In this document: positions 27,953-37,597 of the stretch, one piece after another
Position numbering within the stretch: position 1 is the stretch's first letter
Layout of the letters: each line of letters opens with the position of its first letter
IMG/VR virus record: IMGVR_UViG_3300046787_000415
Coordinates: 1-63,948 of that record
DNA length: 63,948 bases
Direction: 5' to 3' (one strand)
From: a virus
Lineage: Duplodnaviria; Caudoviricetes
Notes under the pieces: model-generated
What the model was told of the DNA's origin: nothing
Database searches by the model: none
What the model saw: only the letters and a program-made list of their open reading frames with translations
Program-made: the position numbers and the translations under genes

Positions 27953-28680
27953 TACTCAATAAGTCCATTTATTCGATCATGCATTGCCTCTAATCTAGCT
28001 AGCTCACTTCTCATATTTTCAATAGCGACGTTCAAAATTTTTAACTCTTCTTCGGAGACATTAGGGTCATTATCTCTAGCCCACTCTAAATCTTCAGCTT
28101 CCTTACGAACCTTACCGATCACCTCGAAGTGGTCCTGTACATCTTTGAAATGAGCCTCCCCTTTAGTGAAGTACCAATGATCTGCTGGACAGAAGTGAAA
28201 CATAACCAGTACAAGCTCTGCCCCCTCTTGGTCAATACGCTCCCTATAGTGAAAGTCATCGCAGCCCATGAATGCCAATGCTTCGCCTTCAGGTATATCT
28301 AACCCAACTCGATCTTCATCGGTACCGAACCAGATAGGCCACTCGACATTAGACTTAACGCAATAGTTGATTGTATAGATGTTTGCATTAGTATCGTGAT
28401 GCCCTACCAAATGAGATTTAGAATCATAGCTAAGCAGTATGCTGTAAGTTGCCTTTAGTGTCTCATCATCAAAGACCTCTTTGGCAATTGGCTCAAGGAT
28501 CTCATTAAACTTGGCTAGGCCCTTAGCTCGTCGCACTTCCCTATCACTGATGTCATCGAAGTAGTACTTCTTATCAGGTCCCAGATACTCGTCAACAACC
28601 GCCGATAGCTCAGCCCGCTGGTCCTCGGTAAATACGTTCTTTAGGGGTATTGGATCAAAAAACACTAGGCTGCCTTCCAA
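27952..28680 (-). CDS. 2OG-Fe(II) oxygenase superfamily protein
   Basis: HHD...WPI...HYRE pattern. Confidence 0.75.
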   Translation of the reverse strand: MEGSLVFFDPIPLKNVFTEDQRAELSAVVDEYLGPDKKYYFDDISDREVRRAKGLAKFNEILEPIAKEVFDDETLKATYSILLSYDSKSHLVGHHDTNANIYTINYCVKSNVEWPIWFGTDEDRVGLDIPEGEALAFMGCDDFHYRERIDQEGAELVLVMFHFCPADHWYFTKGEAHFKDVQDHFEVIGKVRKEAEDLEWARDNDPNVSEEELKILNVAIENMRSELARLEAMHDRINGLIE

Positions 28681-29129
28681 AAGACAAATAGTCTACAGTT
28701 GACACCGTCCACAGTTTTACCAAGCGAGAACTCGTCCCAGCTAGCTCTATCAAACCAGACAACATCCCCGATGTCACCGTTATAGGAATCCTTACCTAAA
28801 GTATCTCTATCTCCGCTGTAGTCGCGTCCAAGTTTTGACATGTAAATAACTCCGACAACAAGGGCCTCATCCGATAGCGACGGCTTAGTGTCATTAGCGC
28901 TAAATACTACTCGCTGCTGAGTAAGTTTAGTTCGATTATCCTCGTGCCGTCCTATGTGAAATAGGTTTATGGAATTAATCGAGGAGCCAATTCTAATGTT
29001 AAGAGGTTCAGCGACATGCACACCGTCAGGACTCTCTACGATAAAATCAGTTCCATTCTCTAGAATGTAGGAGAGATACTCTCTAATCTGGCTTCTAGAC
29101 AGATAATTTGCCAACATGTTAATACCCAT
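28665..29129 (-). CDS. hypothetical protein, possibly a degenerate oxygenase fold
   Basis: leaderless start; Y.G...GDVVWF resembles oxygenase strands but no HxD. Confidence 0.5.
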   Translation of the reverse strand: MGINMLANYLSRSQIREYLSYILENGTDFIVESPDGVHVAEPLNIRIGSSINSINLFHIGRHEDNRTKLTQQRVVFSANDTKPSLSDEALVVGVIYMSKLGRDYSGDRDTLGKDSYNGDIGDVVWFDRASWDEFSLGKTVDGVNCRLFVFWKAA

Positions 29130-29149
29130 GCGGCTATCTTATCATCCAC

Positions 29150-29353
29150 TTAGTCAGTTAATTTATAGCTGACTCTAGTTACTCTGCCCCAAGGGAACAT
29201 GCTCAATCGGCTCGGATCTCCTCCGATTGCTAGGTACACGCCCTGCGACAGTTCATTTTGAACGACCCCCTCGAACACTAGGCCATCTTCCAAGACTACA
29301 GTTGCCCACATACCAGCCGTCCCGCTAGTTCGATATTCACTAACCACTGACAT
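29150..29353 (-). CDS. small beta-rich protein (possible Sm/SH3-like fold)
   Basis: V.LEDG.VFEG.V...FPW..V..V pattern. Confidence 0.55.
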   Translation of the reverse strand: MSVVSEYRTSGTAGMWATVVLEDGLVFEGVVQNELSQGVYLAIGGDPSRLSMFPWGRVTRVSYKLTD

Positions 29354-29483
29354 TTTCAGTCTCCTCTATTACATGGCACTGGCAACCACAGCGATGTCCA
29401 GGGAATTCAAGTATACAAATCTTGTGATGCCCAGTTATGCACCAACCAAATAAGGTCCGCTTCTCGGCTAGATCGTCTTTCAT
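29340..29483 (-). CDS. small Cys/His-rich protein
   Basis: MKDDL...WCITGHHKIC...CGCQCH. Confidence 0.55.
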   Translation of the reverse strand: MKDDLAEKRTLFGWCITGHHKICILEFPGHRCGCQCHVIEETENVSG

Positions 29484-29525
29484 AGTGAACCCTAATTTAG
29501 CTATCTTAATTGATATAATTTGGCT

Positions 29526-30296
29526 ATGCAAGATGCCATACACAACTATACTCCATTTGATCACTGGGTGGTAGATAACTTCTTTGATGCTGATACTGCA
29601 ATGCAGCTTGCCTCTGACTTCTATGAATATGACGATCCTAGATGGTTAACTCAACATTCAAACGAGTTAGAGAATAAAAGAATTTCAACGTACTGGGATG
29701 GATATCCAAGAAGCATATATGCAGCCTTTTTCTATTTATGCTCTCAGGAGTTTATAGATCGGCTAGAGATACTTACAGGAATAGACGGACTAGTTGCAGA
29801 CTATGGACTTCATGGCGGGGGTATGCATATACACAGCGGAACCACTGGGAAGCTGAACTTACACCAAGACGCAGAGCTTCATCCTAAATTAGGACTAAAG
29901 CGTAAACTAAATATAGTGATCTATTTAAATCCAAACTGGGATGCTTCCTGGGGGGGTAGTCTTCAGTTTTGGTCATCAGATACTTTTAGTAGCCCTGGGG
30001 AGTTGGTTAAGGAAATAGAACCTAGCTTCAATAGAGCTGTAATTTTTGACACCACGCAAAATTCATGGCACGGGCTACCAGAAAAACTATCTGCACCAGA
30101 GGGACAGAATAGAAAAAGTATCGCTCTCTTCTATTACATAAAAGATGACAATAAATTAGAGGCGCGTAGGACTCGGGCTATGTTTGCCCCATCTAAAGAC
30201 CAGCGCGATGATCCTGCAATTTTAGAGGCCATTCAAGAAAGACTATCTACGACACGCCATCTAGGCGAGCAGACTCAAGCTTGTAGCTTAGAGTAG
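29526..30296 (+). CDS. 2OG-Fe(II) oxygenase
   Basis: HQD, IYLN..W...WGG.L.FW, SWHG...RKS; TATAAT-N6-ATG. Confidence 0.88.
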   Translation: MQDAIHNYTPFDHWVVDNFFDADTAMQLASDFYEYDDPRWLTQHSNELENKRISTYWDGYPRSIYAAFFYLCSQEFIDRLEILTGIDGLVADYGLHGGGMHIHSGTTGKLNLHQDAELHPKLGLKRKLNIVIYLNPNWDASWGGSLQFWSSDTFSSPGELVKEIEPSFNRAVIFDTTQNSWHGLPEKLSAPEGQNRKSIALFYYIKDDNKLEARRTRAMFAPSKDQRDDPAILEAIQERLSTTRHLGEQTQACSLE

Positions 30297-31303
30297 AATT
30301 TATCAGCAATATGAGCATGCATATGCACACCCATATGCTCTTGCTTATCGGTTGCCTCATCAAAGCAGCAGTCACCATGCTCGTCTCTCAATTCTTGGTG
30401 ACAATCAAGTTTAGAGAAGTCTTCTACGCAGTTGCCCTCTAGATAGAAAAATTCCATATCTATATAGCTATCAAAATCGGTATACGGCAGATGAGTCTCG
30501 GACAACTTTAACTCTCTAAAATCTCTCTCATCTTCCACAGTAGTGGGTAGATCTCTAACATATCTGGTGAGGTAGTCTAATCTAAAATCCCACGTGGCCC
30601 AAACTAGCTTGATTCCAGCTTCTTTGCAATACTCAGAGAAATGGGCCAGAGCCTGGCCAGACGCAAAGTATGCAGCTTCAGCATTCAAAACTTTATCAAT
30701 AGGGAACGGGCGCTTAGCATATTTAGGTGTATCAGCATTCTTCATAGATCTATTTGTATGAGTCAATCTAACTGGGTTGATGCTTCCAGTATTAAATTTT
30801 TCCTCTACGCAATATCTAGAGTTTGTCATAGTGTCAAATCTAGAAAAGTCAGGAAGTAGCAGTGCAACCACTTTAGGCTTTCCATATCTTTTTATGTGAT
30901 GCATTACTGCGCTGATAGCAGTTTTAGTTCCCCATCCAGGGACTGCAAGAGTTGCAGTAGTCATGCCCAGCTGTCCCCCTAGAAGGGTCGACCATCTGCC
31001 TTCTTCATGCACACCTTGACCGAAAGTGTGCGAACACCCAGCTGCAATTAATTCAGAAGGACCGTCGTATTCTCGATCTCTGTAGCCATAAGAATTCTGA
31101 TTATATGTATGCACCGAGTCTACAGTCTCTGACCAGTCAAACATGTCTTTAGAGTCTCTGGTGCGCAAGGCATAAATGCCAAATATGGATAGTAGTTGCT
31201 CTTTAGTGTAGAGCCCAGTATCCTCCCAAAGAGACGGGTCAAGCTCTAACTTGAGATCTTCACTATAGTCCCTATCAGGGTTTTTTGGATATGAACGTCC
31301 CAC
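30275..31303 (-). CDS. SGNH-like family protein, paralog 5 of 6
   Basis: NSYGYRDRE, AGCSHTFGQG, D.QEHMGVHMHAHIA; start overlaps the dut stop. Confidence 0.7.
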   Translation of the reverse strand: MGRSYPKNPDRDYSEDLKLELDPSLWEDTGLYTKEQLLSIFGIYALRTRDSKDMFDWSETVDSVHTYNQNSYGYRDREYDGPSELIAAGCSHTFGQGVHEEGRWSTLLGGQLGMTTATLAVPGWGTKTAISAVMHHIKRYGKPKVVALLLPDFSRFDTMTNSRYCVEEKFNTGSINPVRLTHTNRSMKNADTPKYAKRPFPIDKVLNAEAAYFASGQALAHFSEYCKEAGIKLVWATWDFRLDYLTRYVRDLPTTVEDERDFRELKLSETHLPYTDFDSYIDMEFFYLEGNCVEDFSKLDCHQELRDEHGDCCFDEATDKQEHMGVHMHAHIADKFYSKLQA

Positions 31304-31731
31304 TAGCTAGTAACTCCAGTAGAACCAAATCCTCCATCGCCTCTATCAGTTTCAGTCAGGGCGTCTACAATTTCGAACTCGGCGTATTCAACCTTTTGAA
31401 TTACTAACTGCGCAATGCGGTCCCCTGCTTTGACTTCAAAATCAAGAGATCCAGTATTTAGCAGAATAACCCCCACCTCGCCTCGATACCCAGCATCAAT
31501 GGTGCCAGGCGCATTCAACACAGTGATCCCATGCTTTAGAGCCAGTCCAGATCTCGGGTGAACTAGGCCGACATAGCCATTAGGAATTGCAATCTTAATT
31601 CCAGTCTTAACTAAAACCCTCTGGTGCGCAGCAATTCTTACGTCTTCAGCGGAGATTAGGTCAGCTCCAGCATCGCCGTCAGTAGCATATTTAGGGGCAG
31701 TAGAGCCCACTACTTGAATCTTTACGCCCAT
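31303..31731 (-). CDS. dut: dUTPase
   Basis: [35 protein letters not shown]. Confidence 0.96.
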   Translation of the reverse strand: MGVKIQVVGSTAPKYATDGDAGADLISAEDVRIAAHQRVLVKTGIKIAIPNGYVGLVHPRSGLALKHGITVLNAPGTIDAGYRGEVGVILLNTGSLDFEVKAGDRIAQLVIQKVEYAEFEIVDALTETDRGDGGFGSTGVTS

Positions 31732-31839
31732 CTGTAGGCTCCCTCTGTCTGTAATGCTCCTCTGCAAAAAGGGCACAGTCCGCTCAATAGAAATTCTAGT
31801 TTATACCAGTTGCCACATCTGTGGCAGCAGTCATTGTCT

Positions 31840-32190
31840 TTACTCATCGTCATTCATTTCTAGTTCGGCTTTCTTAGCAGCCATCTTTTCTTTGTGTTCA
31901 ATAGCCAGATTAGCTATTGTCTGATTTTTATAGTGTACGCGTTTCACGCGTTCAGGGTAGAAGCTTCTCATAGTTTCCATATGCTTAGGACCGCCAAAGA
32001 CGTCAATCCAAACTTTGCCCTCAGAGGTAGTTACATGCTGAACGAATCGAAACCGACCACGCTCTCCAGAGATTTTTAGTTCGGTGCCTTTAGATACGTG
32101 GCGTCCATTAATCTGTATCTCTACGAGATACACCCAGCCATCGTTAGGCTTTGGCCCCACGGGTAGGCTTGGTTTTTTCTTGCGCCCCAT
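31840..32190 (-). CDS. hypothetical protein
   Basis: GAGGA RBS before MGRKKK. Confidence 0.65.
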   Translation of the reverse strand: MGRKKKPSLPVGPKPNDGWVYLVEIQINGRHVSKGTELKISGERGRFRFVQHVTTSEGKVWIDVFGGPKHMETMRSFYPERVKRVHYKNQTIANLAIEHKEKMAAKKAELEMNDDE

Positions 32191-32539
32191 TAAAGTCCTC
32201 TTCCAACTGCAACCATTCAACAACATCAGGATTGTCTTTTATGAACGATAGCATAGGTGCTTCCCAAATTCCAATGAAATGATGTTCCCAAACATCGTAG
32301 TCATCTTTTGGTTTTGGCTGAACTTGACCAGCGTACACCATAGTTATGACATGTATAACTTCATGTAGAAGAGTTTGCTGCTTTTTAGTGAATGCAATAT
32401 TGGCGTCTATAACTATTAGATTCCCCTGATCGATAGTGTAGCCATAAGAGTTGTCGTTTAGGGTGCCGTCAGATTTGATTGTGCGTTCCTCGATCTTAAA
32501 GATCTGACCGCCAATTTTAACTCTCTTCGGAGTCCCCAT
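32144..32539 (-). CDS. HExxH zincin-like protein
   Basis: TLLHEVIH motif. Confidence 0.65.
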   Translation of the reverse strand: MGTPKRVKIGGQIFKIEERTIKSDGTLNDNSYGYTIDQGNLIVIDANIAFTKKQQTLLHEVIHVITMVYAGQVQPKPKDDYDVWEHHFIGIWEAPMLSFIKDNPDVVEWLQLEEDFNGAQEKTKPTRGAKA

Positions 32540-33209
32540 CTGTAGCCCCTCCAATAGTGGCGTCTAATACGTTTTTGATACTAGAAGGATACCAGCTCCC
32601 ACCCCTAGGGGTCTGGATGCCGCTTCGGTTAAGGTCATCAGCAATCCGCTGCAAAGAATACCCCATTCTACGCTTAATAGCAATCTGCTCCTTGGTGATC
32701 ATAGAGACTTCCATACGAGGCCCCATGTCTTTGCCCCAGACAATCCCCTGCTCACGACGGTCTTTGTGAATATCTTTCGCTCGTTCAGCAATGATTCCTC
32801 GCTCCATCTCCGCGAGCGCAGACATAATCGTAACTACAAAGCGTCCTTGGTATGTACTTGTGTCTAAGTTCAGGTCCAGCATAATCAAACGCCAACCATT
32901 TTTGCCAGCTCTATCCACGATATCCAAGAAGTCTTTTGTACTTCTAGCAAGTCGATCAATACGGGTAACAATAAGGGCGTCTGCGTCACCACGGTCTAAA
33001 CGTCTAAGCGCCTCAGTTAGGGCTGGTCGCCCCGTGACATTCTTACCAGACTTACCTTCTTCTAGGACTACTTCATAGCCAGAGAAGCCATACATCTCGG
33101 ATGCCTGAATAAGCTGACGCTCCTGGGCACCAAGGGATACCCCGTCCTCTACCTGCATCTGCGTCGATACTCGAGCATACAGTAGGGCTTTGCTGATAGG
33201 GGCGTCCAT
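32517..33209 (-). CDS. serine recombinase (resolvase/invertase family) with short C-terminal HTH
   Basis: YARVST, GKSGK...RP.L, RIDRLARS; TATAAT-N6-ATG. Confidence 0.9.
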   Translation of the reverse strand: MDAPISKALLYARVSTQMQVEDGVSLGAQERQLIQASEMYGFSGYEVVLEEGKSGKNVTGRPALTEALRRLDRGDADALIVTRIDRLARSTKDFLDIVDRAGKNGWRLIMLDLNLDTSTYQGRFVVTIMSALAEMERGIIAERAKDIHKDRREQGIVWGKDMGPRMEVSMITKEQIAIKRRMGYSLQRIADDLNRSGIQTPRGGSWYPSSIKNVLDATIGGATDGDSEES

Positions 33210-33252
33210 GACTCTATTATACGGTGCCCAGGACTCTGATAAAATAGGGGGC
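33210..33252. promoter_or_regulatory. back-to-back leaderless promoters
   Basis: minus TATAAT-N6-ATG(33209); plus TGA-TAAAAT-N7-ATG(33253). Confidence 0.6.
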
Positions 33253-33906
33253 ATGAACTTTGAATTTTTTGATGGAACCAAAATAGCCGTAACTCATGGG
33301 ATTCTAACCGACGAAGAGTGCGTAATCCTACACAACTATGCCGTGGAGACTAAGCTCGCGGAGACCGAAGAGTCTCGGGCACAGATGGAAATAGACAGCA
33401 AATACGGCGAGTCCGCGTTCATCCAGCTGGACCACACTATTACTAGAGACGTAGGCAGACTTAAGGACTTCTGGGGCTCTAAGAATGTCCACACCAAGCT
33501 TGGACCTAAGCACATCCAGGACATCATCGAAAAGTTGCAGCACAACCTGATTCCAGTAATCGAAGAGTACTTGCGATTGATTGACAACCCTAAGAAGTTT
33601 GTTGACCCAGGAGCAATTAAGTTTGACCCAATCCACGTATACTCAGCAGGGCACAGTTTCAATAATCACGTTGACTGCCATGAGTTTGCACTTGTTTTCT
33701 ACGTAAGTAATCCTGACCAGTTTGTTGGTGGCGATCTTGTATACGATGCTGGACCGAGAGTTACCCCTTCTAGAGGCGCTCTAGTTATTTCACCATCTGA
33801 CATGCCGCACGAAGTATATGAAGTGACCGAGGGTTTTAGGTGTAGCCTAACTAATTTCTTCTCAGCGCAGGATGACGCCTGGGCAGCTCATAGAGCTAAT
33901 AACTAA
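33253..33906 (+). CDS. 2OG-Fe(II) oxygenase
   Basis: HVD, F.GG.L.Y, HEV..V..G.R. Confidence 0.85.
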   Translation: MNFEFFDGTKIAVTHGILTDEECVILHNYAVETKLAETEESRAQMEIDSKYGESAFIQLDHTITRDVGRLKDFWGSKNVHTKLGPKHIQDIIEKLQHNLIPVIEEYLRLIDNPKKFVDPGAIKFDPIHVYSAGHSFNNHVDCHEFALVFYVSNPDQFVGGDLVYDAGPRVTPSRGALVISPSDMPHEVYEVTEGFRCSLTNFFSAQDDAWAAHRANN

Positions 33907-33909
33907 GTA

Positions 33910-34572
33910 TTAGAAACTAACAGAGCTCTCATCCAGCTGGTCTATAGGGTAGTCGTAGGAGACTTTACGATCTATTTCTTGGAAGACAATGATGAGATCC
34001 AGCCTCACCCCCGTTACAACTTCTACTATCTCCCAGTCGTTGAGTCTTTCATTTCTATGAATGACTATATCAGATCTAGCAGGTCTGAATCCCTCTCCAT
34101 TATTTAAGTAGAGGGTCTCTCCAGAATAGTAATCATCAGGGTGCGACGCAGTGACTATTGCAGTATATAGAATTTCGTTATTCTGATTGTACAATCCATA
34201 CTCTTCTTTATATGTTTGTACATCTTCCGTGCGCAGAATAGTAAAACTTCTAGGTTCTAGTTGACCAGAAACTGCATAAGTTTTATAGATATGCTCCCTA
34301 GCAATATCTTGAACTTTCTGCACTACTCCCATGGAATCCCACTCATCGGGGCGGTACTGCAGGGTACATACTTGACTAAAAGCTAAGTCAGTAGTGCTAG
34401 CTGAAAGCTTAGAGTTAATAAAATTCTCTAATGCAGCGCTCTCTTCAGGCGAGATTATTCCAGTTAAGGTGTCAAATTTTTTCTCGAGATATCTATTTTC
34501 TTTTGTAAAAATAGGATCTTCGTAGAATTCCTCTTTAGAGTCTTCAGGCTTTAGTGTAGGTTCGGATCTCAT
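33910..34572 (-). CDS. 2OG-Fe(II) oxygenase-like protein lacking metal ligands
   Basis: DYYSGETLY...RPARSDIVI...EVVTGVR keeps the fold pattern, but HxD and distal H are absent. Confidence 0.55.
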   Translation of the reverse strand: MRSEPTLKPEDSKEEFYEDPIFTKENRYLEKKFDTLTGIISPEESAALENFINSKLSASTTDLAFSQVCTLQYRPDEWDSMGVVQKVQDIAREHIYKTYAVSGQLEPRSFTILRTEDVQTYKEEYGLYNQNNEILYTAIVTASHPDDYYSGETLYLNNGEGFRPARSDIVIHRNERLNDWEIVEVVTGVRLDLIIVFQEIDRKVSYDYPIDQLDESSVSF

Positions 34573-34664
34573 TAGTATATAAAGTCTCTCTTTGGCTTTT
34601 TCTTAGGGAATAAGCAGTATTTAACCTTCAGGTATGCACGTTCTATATAGTATGCAATCTTCAT
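34572..34664 (-). CDS. 30-aa basic peptide coupled to the carbamoyltransferase (not in ORF track)
   Basis: MKIAYYIERAYLKVKYCLFPKKKPKRDFIY; TGATG and TAATG overlaps at its two ends. Confidence 0.6.
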   Translation of the reverse strand: MKIAYYIERAYLKVKYCLFPKKKPKRDFIY

Positions 34665-36100
34665 CATGATATAACACCCTTCTCGTAGTAGGTTTCCCAG
34701 GCAAGAACATCTACGTCATCATTTAAAACTGGTTGACCTTTTATATTCAAACTAGTGTTCAATAGAATTGGAACTCCAGTTTTTTGATAGAAAGCACTTA
34801 GTACAGCATACAGCCCTGGGTGCTGCTCTTTATTTACTGTCTGAACTCTAGAGGTGCCGTCAGCATGTACAACACTCGGTATCAGCTCTGGTTTTAGGCA
34901 TTTAGGCGTGAACTGCATATAAGGGGATGCGTAATCCATGTCAAACCACTCGCTTGCATATTCTTCCATAACTACTGGAGCAAACGGCCTGAACAGCTCA
35001 CGTTGCTTAATCTTATTTACTTTGTCCTTGATATTAGGATCACGAGGATCAGCAAGAATGCTACGATTCCCCAGAGCTCTTGGCCCATACTCTGCCTTTC
35101 CACTAGCTACTGGTGCCACTTTATCTTTAATAAGGGCGTCTACTATTTTGTCTACAGGATATTCACCAGGGATGTCAGTACCTAAGTACGGGCCCTGCCA
35201 GTCTAGCTTTTTACCGTAAACAATCGCTGCGGCACCTAGCGATGAGCCAGCATCCCCTGGGTTAGGCATAATCCAAACACCATCAAATAGATTCCATAGG
35301 GTGGTGTTTGCCTTACTATTTAAGGCACAGCCGCCCATGAATACAAGATTAGATTTACCAGTCTTCTTTTTTGCATAGAGCATGAAATCCCAAAGCCTGA
35401 GCTCATATACTTTTTGAACAGCAGCCGCGATATCAAAACGATCCTGCTCAGTTATTTCCTGGCCCCAGTTATCTATACCCTTATGAAAGTTATACGTCTG
35501 GTAGTCAAACCTAGGGAAGTAGTGAAGAACTTTATAGTAGTACTTAGTCCAGTCACCATAGGCAGCCATACCCATCATGATGTATTCTTCCTCGTTTGGC
35601 TTAAGACCAATCAAATGAGTAAACGCTGAGTAGAAAAGTCCATAACTAAATGGATACTTCCAACGTTTAACTTGCTTAAGTTCATCACCTTCGCCAACCC
35701 AGATAGAGCTGGTAGTAAACTCGCCAATAGCATCCAACACAACAACTACAGCATCATCGAACGGCGAGGTATAGTAGCCAGCTGCCGCATGGGAGTGATG
35801 GTGGTATGCAGTATAGGTTGGAATATCTCGCAGTTCTGGCATGCTCTTATAGAATGGCTTACCACCACCTAACCCGCCTCGCGAGAGTATGCGCCACTTC
35901 TTTAGCCAGCGATCCTCATAGTAGGCGATCTGGTCTGGCTTACCATAAGACAGTGCTTCTAGGAGTATCTCCCTATTGGTATACCAATCATTCTTCTTCT
36001 TGGAGTATCGCTCAGCGTGAGCAGCAAAAAGTATTTTGCCATTTTCAACGACAGAGACAGCTGCGTCGTGTGTTGTCTCATTTATCCCAAGTATTCTCAT
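34664..36100 (-). CDS. carbamoyltransferase (NodU/CmcH/TobZ family)
   Basis: HDAA, ER..K.K, HH.SHAA, GGCALN, GDAG, E.GPRALGNRSIL, RPFAP, NTSLN. Confidence 0.93.
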   Translation of the reverse strand: MRILGINETTHDAAVSVVENGKILFAAHAERYSKKKNDWYTNREILLEALSYGKPDQIAYYEDRWLKKWRILSRGGLGGGKPFYKSMPELRDIPTYTAYHHHSHAAAGYYTSPFDDAVVVVLDAIGEFTTSSIWVGEGDELKQVKRWKYPFSYGLFYSAFTHLIGLKPNEEEYIMMGMAAYGDWTKYYYKVLHYFPRFDYQTYNFHKGIDNWGQEITEQDRFDIAAAVQKVYELRLWDFMLYAKKKTGKSNLVFMGGCALNSKANTTLWNLFDGVWIMPNPGDAGSSLGAAAIVYGKKLDWQGPYLGTDIPGEYPVDKIVDALIKDKVAPVASGKAEYGPRALGNRSILADPRDPNIKDKVNKIKQRELFRPFAPVVMEEYASEWFDMDYASPYMQFTPKCLKPELIPSVVHADGTSRVQTVNKEQHPGLYAVLSAFYQKTGVPILLNTSLNIKGQPVLNDDVDVLAWETYYEKGVIS

Positions 36101-37008
36101 ACTTGAAGTTTATCTAAAAATGCATTGGCGTAGTGGAGATGCTCGTGAGCACCCATATGAGCGTGAAACTCACCAAGTTTTCTATCTCTAGCTACAGTAA
36201 AGAATTCCTCGCAGGCTAGCTTGTAGTCCTGATGACAATTCCTAGTAAATAGACCACCATCTTCTTTGTCTACATCTACAGGTATGTACTCTGGCACATC
36301 TAAGGTCGAGGCTAGATCCCTAAAGACACCGTCCCAGGATGACCAATGAAATTCTATTCCGAGGGATACGCAGTACAGTCTGAGTATGTTTATTGATTGC
36401 ATGCCAGCTCTTACAGCATCAAGAGCAGTATTAACATGCTCTACGCCATGAGGACGCTTGGATATTGATGCTCTATGTTCTGAACCATATGCTTCATAAG
36501 TAGCTGGATATACATTTCGAATTTTCTCCGAGGCCGAGAATGATGGCACATACCCTCTATCTATTTTTAGATATCGTTCATCTATTAGTATTTCTGATCT
36601 AGTTATATTAGGAAATAGGCATAAAATATACTTAGGTTTTTTATTAGTTGCTAAGTATGCAAATATCATCCTAACTATCTTCTCAGTTGACCACCCTGGT
36701 CCTGATATGTTCGCATAACTCAGGGATAATTCATTGGCAATTACAGACCCCCATAGATACTCCCTGTCGGGAATACCAACTCCCCAAGTCTGAGAACAGC
36801 CAGCATAGACAATATCGGCGTCCAAAAATTCAGGCGAACGGTATCCAAGAGAATTTTTATCCGCATAAACAGTACCCTCAAAGTCGGTGTATATGTGAGA
36901 GGTATCTACTGGAGGTAGGTCAAGTTTTAGGACATAATCTGCCACAGACTTTGCCACTAGTGTAGAGTTTTCCCCCAACTGGAGCACTACACTATATTCG
37001 TCACTCAT
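36097..37008 (-). CDS. SGNH-like family protein, paralog 6 of 6
   Basis: NSLGYRSPEF, AGCSQTWGVG, NISGPG, HMGAHEHLHYA; ATGA overlap with the carbamoyltransferase. Confidence 0.7.
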   Translation of the reverse strand: MSDEYSVVLQLGENSTLVAKSVADYVLKLDLPPVDTSHIYTDFEGTVYADKNSLGYRSPEFLDADIVYAGCSQTWGVGIPDREYLWGSVIANELSLSYANISGPGWSTEKIVRMIFAYLATNKKPKYILCLFPNITRSEILIDERYLKIDRGYVPSFSASEKIRNVYPATYEAYGSEHRASISKRPHGVEHVNTALDAVRAGMQSINILRLYCVSLGIEFHWSSWDGVFRDLASTLDVPEYIPVDVDKEDGGLFTRNCHQDYKLACEEFFTVARDRKLGEFHAHMGAHEHLHYANAFLDKLQV

Positions 37009-37033
37009 ATGGATATTATAGTAGACTATAGCC
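37009..37033. promoter_or_regulatory. adjacent divergent leaderless promoters
   Basis: minus TATAAT-N6-ATG(37008); plus TAGACT-N6-ATG(37034); near-palindrome TATAGTAGACTATA. Confidence 0.6.
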
Positions 37034-37597
37034 ATGACAGACTCTAAGCTACCTTATACCCTGGTAAAGGGTGTTCTAACTCCCGCTCAGTGCGCGGCAT
37101 ATAGAACCTGGATAGAGACATATGCAATAGCGGATGCCTTTAGGCCAGGATATCGACTATCTACTGTCGGTATTCCAGAGCTTTACAATGAAAATAATTC
37201 ATTCCTACAACCGCTGAGAGTGCTTCTAAATAAAGTAGAGAGCCACTTCAGGGGTAGCTATGACATTAAGCACACTTTTGACATGAAGCGCCTCTATGGA
37301 AACATCATGGATACAGGGGCTCAGAACCCAGCGCATGACGATGATGGTGACCACTATGATGGAAAGCCAAGTGTAGAGCTCCACTACTCATCAATCCTGA
37401 TGTTGAATAGCGATTACGAGGGTGGCGAACTATACTTCGAGCACCACGGGGTGGAAGTTAAGCTGGAAGAGGGCGACCTAATCATGTTCCGAGGTAACGC
37501 CGAGAATCTTCATGGAGTACGTACCGTCAAAGAGGGACGTCGATTTAACTTTATTTTCTTCTTTAGGGACTATATTCCGACTAGCTCTGCGTCGTAG
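37034..37597 (+). CDS. 2OG-Fe(II) oxygenase; close paralog of 40177-40764
   Basis: HDD, LNSDYEGGELYF, HGVR...G.R. Confidence 0.9.
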   Translation: MTDSKLPYTLVKGVLTPAQCAAYRTWIETYAIADAFRPGYRLSTVGIPELYNENNSFLQPLRVLLNKVESHFRGSYDIKHTFDMKRLYGNIMDTGAQNPAHDDDGDHYDGKPSVELHYSSILMLNSDYEGGELYFEHHGVEVKLEEGDLIMFRGNAENLHGVRTVKEGRRFNFIFFFRDYIPTSSAS

